From Tubulanus polymorphus (taxonomy: Eukaryota; Animalia; Nemertea): DNA of 64,000 nt. A program made the translations under genes and the position numbers. A model generated the notes under the pieces. It was not told the DNA's origin, made no database searches, and was given only the letters and a program-made list of their open reading frames with translations. The stretch is taken from NCBI RefSeq assembly GCF_964204645.1, contig NC_134028.1:19351653-19415652 (forward strand), read 5' to 3'. Below are positions 24,484-36,180 of the stretch, in pieces (within the stretch, counting starts at the first letter, position 1; every line of letters starts with the position of its first letter).

Positions 24484-27209
24484 ATGTCAACATCAGGACA
24501 GGATGAAGACGCACCGTCATCCGGGTTGACAAAAAATAAGAAAGGTGTTGCACGGGAGTATCTTGACAGTAACTGCAAAGATATGCCAGAAGTTACTACC
24601 AGCATTAAAAATGGACACATCTTCCGATTGTTTCTGGACAATAAGAGAAGCATCGCGAAAACAATCAAACTGCTAAAAGAAAAATATATAACAGACAATA
24701 TCGATGCATACCAAACGAAAAAACTGATCATGTCGAAGTATGACAAACTGTAAAAGCTGACAAATACCAACGAGTTTGACAAATTTATCTGCCTGTCAAG
24801 TGAGAAATTCAATTTTCAGCCTACCAGTAGTGTAGCAAATAGTAACGCTTTACCAATACCTGCAGTGGAGCAAGTTATAGCAACAACGTCTGTTGAGAAA
24901 CACCCCCAGTCTGGAAAACACTGCAGGAAATGTGTATCACTTAAGTTACTGCGTTACAAGTTGAAAATGAAAAAATGCACACGCGTGCTTCAACAATCAG
25001 TTAAGCGAAAAACCAATCTAATCAACAAAGCAAAAAAGAAATACACCGAAACTGAAGCCTATGCACAACTAACGGAAGCTAGGAGACAAATTCGAAGTCT
25101 GAAACGTAAAAGAACTAGGCTAGAAGATGATTGGGAAGAGCAACCTGAAGTCAAAAGACTGAAAGCAACCATTGATTCTCAGAATAGTGAAATTGAAAAT
25201 CTCCATTTACAATTAGATATTTCACAGAAGGAAGTGTCTGATGACTTCAGTAGAGAGAATAAGAACATGAAGATTCCCATCTCAACTAGATTGTTTGTGT
25301 ACGAATGTCTAATTAATCAGGTCCCTACTGCAAACACTAGGAATCTTTTGAAAAAGTCTGCAGCCATCTTCGGCATGAAACTTAGTGAAAATGATCTCCC
25401 ACATCAAACAACTGTATCTCAAATGTGTCGCGAGTTGGGGGTCATAACCGACATCCAGGCTGTAAGTCAGATCCTGAAACACAAAATTTAACGATGGGAT
25501 TCAATGCTACCACACAGGATGGTGATCATGTAAATGTAATTCACCTAACATTTGCAAAGGACCAATGCCAGGTAGTCGCTGTTGATAAAGTACCGGGAAG
25601 TACAGCAGCTGATTACTGTACACACACTGTTAATTCATTTGATAATCTTGCTAGAACTTATAGTGCGTATAAAAAAATTGATTTTTACGATTGTCGAAAG
25701 GATATTATCAGTAGGATTAGCAACAGCATGACAGATCGTCTAGTTACAAACCATGCCACAATACTGAATAAAGCTTGGGATACATGTCTTACAGAGCTGA
25801 ACTGCCATCTTCATCCTCTGGACACTATTGCGTCATCTGTTCGTGAGATCCTGAAAAAAACGGAGTCAACAAAGGGAAAATTGTTTGGTACGGACTGTTT
25901 ATCTGGCAATGTTGTGCTTCAGATGAACAAATCTCGTTATGTTGATGGAAAAGGTGACCCTAGAGGTTTTAAGAATATGCTGCTAAAGAATAACTTGCCT
26001 TCAGGTTACTTATCTCGTTATCGTGGAAATCGTCTTCACATATATTTTAATATATGTGGAAAACTCTTCTGCAATTATAAATTGTTCGAAGAGTTTCTGT
26101 CGTCAGGAACTGACTGTGGTGGGCTACGCACTGCTCTGCTTGCAGATTTCAAACTAACGTCAACCATTACTCAACTCCAGGTAGTTGGCTACTTTGGAAA
26201 ATTACTTACCGGTCCCTGGATGATCAAAAAAAATGAGATCAAACATCTTGCAGGGATTAGTGTCGTTAGAAATGTTATTGCAGCAATTAAAGCGCAACGA
26301 GATGACGCGAATTCTTGTATTCTTTCAAGAACAACAGATTTCTTTGGCGATCCATTGACACGTTCTGCTAGTGCCACTGGTGATTCGAGTAACGAACGCG
26401 AATTGAGGCGTAAAGATGAAATTCTTCATTCTTTAAAAAGAAAGCCCATTGACCCTGTATTGTTTGTCAACTACATGAATGCCTGTCTAGATAAAGTTGT
26501 GATAGTTCTAGAGAGACAGTATGCACGATATTTCAGTCTTGCCATCACGCCAGATCTAATTGTTGAGACTGAGTCTGCAAGCTCACACAATATTGATTCG
26601 GAGGAGTTAATGGGAATGTTTAGTGCTGCCAAAAAGAAAGCACCAAATGCAACAATGGCTTTTCTCTCGTCTAAGCTGAGATCCCAGAAAAATGGTGTTT
26701 CGGATTTTCTAGATAATTTGGAGATGTCTGAGCGCAGTGAAATGATAAAGTTTGCTATTACTTGGGCAAGAAAGTCAAATACCGAGAGTCGTAAGAATGC
26801 TAAGAAACTTTTAGATGAAATATCAGTGCGGCAGGGTCGTAAGACTCAAAAGCGTCTTATGTCAGATCGGAAAAAATTACAAAAAAAAGTACGTGACACC
26901 CCATTAGACGAATTGGAATCTGAATTCAGTGATTTGGACTGTGACCAACTTTCCGATCTAATAAGTGTGCTATCTGGTGACTGCGTTGGAAAAGATGTTT
27001 GGCATGACACTGACAAAAACACAAAAGTTATATATCACGGAAAGATGGAGAAATTTAAAACGAGAAAAAGACAGGGCATTGAAATTGATATTTACGTTGT
27101 GTGTTACTGGGGGGAGGGAGAGAATTATGAAGATGATGGAGAAGACTTTGATCTGACCAAATACAAATTGGCAGTTGATTTAATCTTGGGAGATCTTGTT
27201 ATGTTGTAA
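24484..27209 (+). pseudogene. DDE transposase with CxxH motif (~900 aa), one premature stop and one frameshift
   Basis: 24484-24753 and 24865-25491 share a frame across TAA 24751; the frame changes near 25480. Motifs GFNATT (expected D is N), SMTDR, CHLH, YRGNR, KLLTGPW, HNIDSEELMG...KAPNA. Confidence 0.8.
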
Positions 27210-27299
27210 CTATATGTGGAAGTGATAGAAACTAGAATTTTAATCTTTTATAAGTGAATATCTGAATTAAAATCATCGAATTAAGCGTGTTATACTGTA

Positions 27300-27832
27300 T
27301 CCATGTATTAATATAACTACAAATCTTGTGTTATCTTTCAAAGTATCTTTACAGCTATCTCCTTGCAAGATTTTATGTAAAAATATCAAGTATTTCCAAA
27401 GTTATGGAAGTTTATATATTCTAGTCCAGCCGAGTGATAAATTTTTAATTAATATATCTTAATTGATCTGTATTACATGTATATATCTGTATCTCTAAAA
27501 TTCTTGTATAATCCTTTTAAGTATCTTTACAGCTATCTCCTTGCAAAATTTTATATAAAAATATCAAGTATTTCCAAAGTTATGGAAGTTTATATATTCT
27601 GCTCCAGCCGAGTGATAAATTTTTAATTAATATATCTTAATTAATTGATCTGTACTACATGTATATATCTGTATCTCTACAAATCTTGTATAATCCTTTT
27701 ATGTATCTTCACAGCTATCTCCTTGCAAAATTTTATGTAAAAATATCAAGTATTTCCAAAGTTATGGCAGTTTATGTATTCTGTTTCGGCCGAGTGATAA
27801 AATTTTAATTAATGTATAGTAATTAATTAATC
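27300..27832 (+). repeat. Three ~180-bp tandem repeats in the 3' subterminal region
   Basis: CAGCTATCTCCTTGCAA...AAAATATCAAGTATTTCCAAAGTTATGG...GCCGAGTGATAAA repeated at ~27350, ~27530 and ~27710. Confidence 0.9.
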
Positions 27833-28426
27833 AATTACAAAGACAGAAGTAATTATGATATCCAGATAATAATTATATATTCTTATAAAGCATGTTCTTA
27901 ACTATTATCACTGTAAATTTTGTGCAGAAATATTAAATAGTTTAGAAGTAATGAAACTTTTGCCTTGCGTTTTACACGGTTTTATCAGTTTTCGATCACG
28001 CTTACCCTTCTGTTTATCAGTTAACAAACGGGTAAGATTTTCGACCGTTTTTCAATCTTCAAATTTACATAATTTCTTTCATACTTGAGCTACAGGGATG
28101 AACCAGATAGCTCTTTCCAGCTGTATAGGATTCAATTCAATTGGACCAATTTGAAATTTTCTGCCACATACCTAAAAGTTTAAGGGGCTGTCTCAAAAAT
28201 TCAACACGTCATCCTATTCGAATAACCCGCGGAATGGGGGAGGGGGTTTAAAGCTCACCGCGGATACTGTGATTAATTGGAAGTGACGATCCACTCATCA
28301 GCGGGATTCGAACGCACAGCTGTTTTTCAAATGCGGAAGTAAAACAAATCAGTGTATATTCATTGCCAATAACGAGAGCCAGGTGCGCATGCTTACTGAG
28401 AGGCTATCGTAGCTCAATGGGCGTTC

Positions 28427-29727
28427 CGCAAAAGGTAGAAAGTTTCTTTTGTCCAATGTCGTATAGCGCCGCCGCGGTCGAAAATCGAACTAATCTGTCA
28501 AGTCGATAATTTTCTAAGTGAGAAGACGCCGCGTTCAGTTCGCGGTACACTGTACGTACAGTTTTTCGATACACTGCTGTTCAACAAATTTGTTTTGAAG
28601 TTGAAGTTCACAGCGCGCTATTCAGTTTTCAGAAGTAGAGGGCTAAAACAACATCATTCGTAAGATCTCAGATTGAATATTTTCATCAGATTCAGAGCTC
28701 AGTTCATTGTATAAAATGTGTTATTTCATGTTTTAGACAGTTACTTCTATTACTCTGACAGGAGTTTTTATGTCATAATTTTTTTTACCTCATGTGTAAC
28801 TCAATTATAGCAGAGTTGATAGTTTAATTATCAATCATTAATTTATAAATAAATTAGTATTATTAATCTAATTATTGGATTGATTATTATTAAGAGATAT
28901 GACATTATAAACATATATATAATGCACAGATATGGATGTTATATATAATGCACAGATATGGATGTTATAATGATAATGTATTTCTACTCGCATAGAAATG
29001 AGACTAAAGTTTTCCTGTTTGGATATTCTAAAAGCTTATAAGTCCTTTGCCAAGGATATGAATGGTTTGTGATGATATTATGTTAACTAAATTCATTTGT
29101 TGGTTGAATGATTTCAATTAATATCGCAATATTTAGCATTCGTGATATAATTAATATGATAGAGATATGGCCATTTGTCTATTGTTTATGTTAGCAAAAG
29201 ATTGCATTTGATATAGAAGGCTTTAAAATGTTTTGATGTATGGTTGAGATTTTCAAAATAAATGTTATGCTTACATGAGATAATTGGAACTAGATGTTTT
29301 ATTTCATTTTTATCAAGTATCGATGGATGAGAAGTCTTTCGACGATGTGCAGTTAGCCCATTAGAGTTTGCCTTAAAATACTTTACTCTCAGTCTAAGCT
29401 GAATTTAATTCATACCGCCGTTACAGTACCATAAAATTCACACAAAATCTTTAGCATCATTGGAATAGGACGTCCCCTGTTTCACATCCGGCAGGTGTGT
29501 TGATGGTGGGTAAGTTTAATAAGGTACATCAAATCTATTAAAACGATCGCTATTTTAAAATCAAATGATCCCGAAGAAATTGGGGATTCGAACCTATCGG
29601 ATATATTCTGGTACTCGGCGTCTTTCCACTTAACAAAACATCGTCAATAACATTAGTTCTTATTATTGCTAAGTAGCGGCGCTACCGGTACTGTCGATCG
29701 GACATTAGAAACTTTCTACCTTTTGCG
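28427..29727. mobile_element. 1.3-kb non-autonomous TIR element nested in Zator
   Basis: TIR CGCAAAAGGTAGAAAGTTTCT..TGTCC at both ends (26/28 match). AT-rich interior with a 26-bp direct duplication at ~28915-28970. No clear TSD. Confidence 0.7.
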
Positions 29728-30334
29728 TGATTGAATAGTATTCATCGCCTGTATAAAAATGCCTGTGCAGGTTAATATTTTTGGCCGTCCCGTTAAAAGA
29801 CATAAACTACAGTGTGTTTACACAAATCCGACAACTCCCTACGAGAAATATATCGAAGCATATCTTCAAGCGTAGGAGAATGGAGAAACATTCGCAAATA
29901 GCCGGCAATCAACAAGGCAACAGGTATGCTTTTTTTACTGATATCCAATTCAATCAAAACAAAATATATTGTGACTGTAGGCCCAATTCAATTTTTTTTG
30001 TGTGATTCCTTTCTAGTTAGTGTTTTTTTATAGGCACTATACTATGGTAGTTTTTACAAATTGAGACACAATGTACTAGCTGTATTTAAGAGTCAAATAG
30101 GTATGAAACTTAAAGTATTCAAATTTGAAATTGGTACAAAGATAGTGGAAAATCCATAAAATATGCCCAAATAGTACTGGTTTTTAATAGAATTTAGGAC
30201 AAAGGAATTATATCTGATTTTAGTGCAATGAGTCTCAAGGCCTATGGGATCATTGTAATATTTCTGGTAATTTAGCCTATCAAGTGAAGTAGTCTTATCC
30301 TAACCCCTGTACGCCCACTTTCTCTTTTTAGATT

Positions 30335-33300
30335 GTGTCAAATGCACAAGCAGAATGGAGGAAAATTAAGAATAATCCAGATGCAAGGGATAGTTTTATT
30401 GTTCTCCATCTACCACCCGATCATCTAGGCCTGCAAGCTCAACCCGAGAAATCCAACGATGCTGAAGCACCCACTACATCGGTGAAAGAGGGATTTTTTT
30501 ACAAGTCAACTGCAGCTGTGAACCCATGCATAGAGTCCTCACTTTTCCAGAACCGAGATGACGAGATTCACACTCACGGTGAGTACCAAGTATCTTATTC
30601 TTTATTCTATGATTTTCTTTTCAGAGAAGAATATTGTTGTGGCAATTATTCATTCCAAGAAAATCTCATGTTGGCCTTGGTTGGGCCATGCACTATTTAT
30701 GCCAACGCTTTTGAAGAAACATTTTCCCTATTTTGCAGGACCTTCTCCAAAAGCGGCATGTCCAGAGCAAACATCTTCCAGTAATATTAGTGAGATGTTG
30801 ACTCGACTGTTTCATGTTGATGAGAAATCTTTACTCAGTGACGACGTGACCAATAAACTAACATTCATGGCAGCTCTCAACGACTCTTCAGCAGTTTGGT
30901 GCATGTATGATGGAAAAGTAAGCGATTATTTTAGGCTTAAAAAGCGTTCATGGAAGAAATCACAAATTCAGGATGGATTCAACAGTATTACCAATCTAGT
31001 TAGTGAGATATCTGATGAACTTTCTTCAATAGCATGCATACATGTGACAATTTCTGAAGTGCTCAGCCTATCTGGGGCAAAGAAACTAAGTTCAAAAAAT
31101 GAAAAACTTTCGTCTGTTACGGTGAAATGGACTCAATTAAAATATCTTATGGAAACCCAGATAGATAGACTTGTCAATCGTATAAGACAGTGTCTGAATT
31201 ATAGTAAAAGCAAAGTAGACCCAAATAAAGTATTTTTGAAATCGAAGAATGGCACAGGTATCATGTGGAATGATGCATTTGAACGGCTGAATGATGCTAT
31301 TATCACTTCAGGTGAATTTACATCCAGCAAGGAGATTTTGTCACTCGAGGAAATTGTAGAAATTGGACATGAGATTTTAGAAAAGAACACTGTTCTTTTG
31401 TCTAGTGTTTTGCCCAGTACTGCTCAGAAATACCCAATAGCTGCCTGCAATCTGCTTCTTGATTGGTTTCCACTCATGGTTGCCCAACAAGGTAATATCA
31501 GAGTCCTTATTAATTGTTCAGAGTTTAATGTGGATGCTGATATAAACAAATTTTCTGAGCTTCTGTTGTTGGATAAGACATGCTCCCCTGAAATAAATGA
31601 TACATGTTCAATTGATCCTCCAAGTTCTTCACATGAATTTGAGGAATTTAATGAAAAACCCCGTGGCAGACCTTCAAAGAATGTTGCTTACCCACAAATT
31701 GTAGAAGATGCCATGTCATTCATACAAAATCATGGATTTGCAGCACAAGAAAAGCGCCGGTCAGATACATGTAACAGCTCAGGTGTTTCTTTGGCACAGC
31801 TACAAAAACATCTACTTGAAAATGTAGAAGGCCTGAAGCAGAAAGGAGGAATCAGCAGGGACACTGTTCACCGGTTGATGCAGCCCCCAAGAAATAAAAC
31901 AGTGGCCAGTCGTTACTATAAAAGTTTAATTAAGGCTAGTGTCCCAGCAAAAAATAACACAGGCCTATACAAAAACCATCAAGATAGGCAATTTTGTGCC
32001 AGCCTAGTTAAGGGGTTGGCTGAGTTTGGTAGGGAATTCAGTACCGAAGTTTGTTCTGTAAGTGCTGACAACATGAACGAAGTTCATACTGGCACACTGG
32101 CAGTTTCCAGATACCACCAAATTTTTCCTTACATCAGATCAACCAATTTACAAGGATCATGTTTTTCCAAAATCAAATGCAAAAATTTCTCCAGCTGGCT
32201 ATCTTGTTCTCAAAGATTCTGAGAGTACGCCTAGTACAACTTCAAGAAGATCCCGTTCTCTCAGCCCGTGCAAAGTTTCTGTGGTGAAAAAACGTTATAG
32301 AAGTTTGTCACCAATCCCAAAGGAAAAACAAGGAAATGCTACATTCTACAAAGATAAATTGGGAAGGTTGCACTACAAATATGTTCGTTCTGGGCAAATT
32401 CATGTTTACCCCCGTGTGTGCAAGTATGCCAAAATAGATGCTCAAACGCATTGTAACGACATGTGCCAGCTCCTTAAACAGGAAGGAAAACCTGGTGCCT
32501 TGTTTATTGTAGATGGCGGACCAGACTATTCGCCTAAATCTGCCTTGGTGATGCATAACATGGGAAGGGTCTGGAAAGGATGCAAGTTAGATTTCCTCCT
32601 CTGCACTTGCTATGCACCTGGTGATTCTGCGAGGAACCCTATTGAACATGCCTGGTCACCTCTTTCAAAAATGTTGGCGGGTGTGACTCTACCTAATGCC
32701 TCTGGCTCAGATGAAGAAATAGAGGCGTTTGATGAGGCCAATAAAATCTTGGCGTCATACTGGCAAGGAAAATCATTCACTGGGTATCCAATACAGGTGA
32801 CTCCAATCCCTTGCAATGATGTTTCAGGAAAATTCTTGGATAGTGATGACTTATTGGGTTTCTTTAAAGCAAGTAGTAAGAAAATATCCGAGTTTGATTC
32901 TTTTAAAAAGCTTCAGAATGAAGCAAAGTTTCTCAATAAACACTGAATCAGACTCAGGTACTTGCTTATTTTTGTCAAGTGTGAAGATAAGACCTGTGTT
33001 CACTGCTCAAAAAATCCTGTAAGGGCATTAGGAGCAATAAAACGAATTAGAGAAACAAACATGCTCCCATTTCTTCCAATCCCAAGTCAAAAAAACTGCA
33101 CTCATTTCATGAGCTATTTGGAATATGTCACTGCAACTCCGAACCTTAAAAAGAAATTCACAATAAAGGACTTCAAAAAATATTGTCCTTCCCTGGAGCT
33201 GGTATTGGATTCTACAGCCTTCTGCAAATTGGGCTGCAAACTGATGGTACACTCCAAGCTTGATTAAAACCTGTCACAACCGTATCATTCATGGCCGCCC

Positions 33301-33466
33301 GACTGTAGGTAAAAATCTTAGAGGTGTGCAGCTCTGCCTCCATAAATGTACTTACCAGTCTTGTGGGAAAATATTCCGCACAAGGTATCAGTTGTGGCAA
33401 CACAAGACAACAGTTGGTGTTGGGCATGTGTTATCACAAGGTACAAAAAAGAAAGTTTCTAAATAA
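30335..33466 (+). pseudogene. Zator transposase, disrupted by frameshifts and stops
   Basis: RGRP, AQEKRR, SRDTVHRLMQPP, SADN..VHTGTLAVSRYHQI, VDGGPDYSP, APGDSARNPIEHAWSPLS, CEDKTCVHC, and a C-terminal C2H2-like finger. Confidence 0.85.
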
Positions 33467-36180
33467 TTATCTACCTGGTATGCAATATGTGGTTGTGCAA
33501 TAACCATATGTACATGGACTCATACAATCAACAATGTTGCGAAATGGTTACACTAATTCTAGATTTTATGATGGCAATTTTATAAAAATGTTTTAGGCCT
33601 ACATGTATTTTAAAATGTCGTTTCAATTTAGTTGAATATTTTATTTTAGGTTTGTAGTTCATTAGTTAGTTTAAGTTCTTTAAATAAAAGCAGAAAATCA
33701 AACAGAATGAATGCCTTCATCTAGCTTCTTTTTTGGGTATGAAAATCATCACTTCCAATTTGCCACAGATTCAAATAGGCCATGGGGGAGGGGGTTGAAA
33801 TCTATCAGAGGGTTATTCAAATAGGATGAAGTGTTGAATTTTTGAGACGGCCCCTAACTTCCCTCCTGCTCTGCTGACCTGAAGGAATTCTCCAAAAGCT
33901 GTGTGCTTCACCGATTAGTTTCGACTTAACCATATAATTACTTCACCCAGCACTGGCAGTGGTTGTCTCCACCAGTGATCTCCGTCGCTCTACGATCCTA
34001 GTGTAACCAACCACCCAGACGCGTGCATTCAAATTCGCTGTACAGTTGCCGACCAGAATTTGGTCGGCATTTTTTTCCGTGTTCAAACTGCGATAATATC
34101 TCAGCAACTAAACAACCGATTTTGATAAATAAACTATCTACACTAACCTTATGATGTCTTACGTTTGTTCATTATATCATTTCAGATGATAAATCTGATT
34201 TTAGTACGATTAAATTTAAGATACAAAAATGATGCGCTGTTTAGCGATAAGACACGCATCCCTCAATTTGTCTTGTTGCTAACGAACTAGTGTTACAATA
34301 CGTAGTTTCAAAGTGAAAAAATGGTGTCATTTTTGCTATAGGCCTATCTGTATCTTTATCGCATCAAGCACAGACTATGATGAAGGTAGTCAGTAACCTG
34401 TCTGTGGTTTAGTTTCACAATCGGATATTTTCACAAACCACAGTCAGGAATGGGAAGGTCATTTTTGTATGAAATCTTCGTCAGCCAATTTGACTGACGT
34501 GTAATTTGCCTGGCATTTCATTGTCTCTTAAGATATCCGTCTATTTTTTGTTGTAATCGACGCACAACAGATTCGTAGTTTGTCTGATACCTATAACACC
34601 TCACCTGACGATCTTAATCCATGTGCAAATCGGCCGTAAAGTGAGAGTAAATTTCCGTCGGGTCAACAGCTGCCATTTTGAAAATTACTGGAGGTGCTGG
34701 CACCTGTGGACTGAGGCGAGGACAACAGCACAAACTAACGAAGCGAAACGACGAAATTGAAAAAAATTAAGAAATCAACACTTATTCACATTTTTCTTTT
34801 ACCAGAATTTATTATTTCATTATTTATTATGGAAAACACGAAGATTTGAAATATAAGTTGGAAAACCATCAAAAATAAAAATTGTCGTTTCGTCTCGGAA
34901 GTTTTATATAAATCCTTGTAGGTCCCCTTGTCTTATCATGCCACATGTGCAATACAGAGAAATGGCGGCCAATGGCGAAATTGGTGGAGAAATTAATTAA
35001 TTTCTCAAAATAATGTTGATTAACCACTCGAAACATACATAAAATTGGATTATTTCGAAAGGTACCTGTGTTAGTTTGTGAATTAAGCCATTAATTGTGG
35101 ACTGAAGTGAATAGAAAGTATACTTTTGAAGTGTTACTTTTTTCAACCGTGTTTTGGTCCTTGTCATCCCTAACGTTGGTATAAGCCCATCCGATTATAA
35201 AAAGCTTACCACCAACGATTAGGTAACTAACTATGATGAAGGAACCTCCGAATGAATATAATAATAAGAAAACTGAATGTTTGAGGTTTGTAAAGAGAGT
35301 TTATTTTTCAAAATCGGTTTAGTGCAACTGGATTTCTGGTGGTTTAAAGTCACAGTGATTTATTTAAGAGTATTGAGAAAATGTCATTCGCATCTTATTC
35401 TTAGTGTCTGTGGTACATCAGACACTAAGATTCTTGGTGAAATAATTACTACATACCTGATAAGGTCTTATGACCAACAAAGATGGGCAGCTGAACTAAA
35501 TGTTCATCCAAAAAAAGATCGCTCCAGTTCGGCCTAAAGCCATACGGCCCGAATCCAAAACAGGGCATCCAAATCGACACTGATTCCGCATGTTCCCGGG
35601 GTTTCATGACAGAGACAACTGTGAACATTGCATATTTTCGGAGTTATCCGGTAATAGATATATCAATTCACTTCGGTATTTATTTGAAAGAAAAGTAGCA
35701 ACGTGTACATGTGAGGTTAATCTCTAATAACAAAATATTAGGCCTACAGGTTTATTTACACTTTGAAATATAGCATGTAGTAGGCAATAAATGATACTAC
35801 ATGAAACAAAATATCAAAGATTAATAAAATTATTATGAATGACGGCAACCAGTCTAATTATAATTCGAACGACGGACATCGGGCAAATGATGATTTTGAG
35901 AGTGCCACAGCTCTGGATAGGCCTAGCCTAGAGGGGAAAGGAAAGGGGAGACATTCTCAGTGCACCGGTTGTAAATCATAAAAAGTAAATCGAAGTCTAC
36001 AGGCATTGATTTTAGTCTAATGTTTGTTACACGAACAAGGCATTTGAATTTTGTTCACTGATTACGATATTCTCGGAGCTACCCCTATTGCAATCTAAGC
36101 CCATGCGTTTTTAAGGTTGATGCGGAGACTCAATTCAATTTAATTAAATTCCCTCTATCGTGTACACCGAGGCGTCTGAG

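Larger units (their letters stand above)
23730..28175 (+). mobile_element. Kolobok-like DNA transposon (Hydra-branch/KolobokP-like transposase); left end not found
   Basis: Contains the transposase pseudogene 24484-27209, ~180-bp subterminal tandem repeats, and right end CTGCCACATACCT-AA. Confidence 0.55.
28184..33854 (+). mobile_element. Full-length Zator DNA transposon
   Basis: 45-bp TIRs starting GGGG (28184-28228 and 33810-33854; 42/45 match). TAA target duplication at 28181-28183 and 33855-33857. Encloses a Zator-type transposase. Confidence 0.9.

Noticed and set aside
27300-27832. Regular repeats considered as a CRISPR-like array (also the 154-bp and 66-bp units)
   Set aside because: These are head-to-tail tandem units without unique spacers, in a eukaryotic context with no cas genes.
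23311-28175. KolobokP-style long terminal direct repeats flanking the transposase
   Set aside because: 23311-23719 and 27800-28175 share only general layout and the TACCTAA end, not alignable identity.
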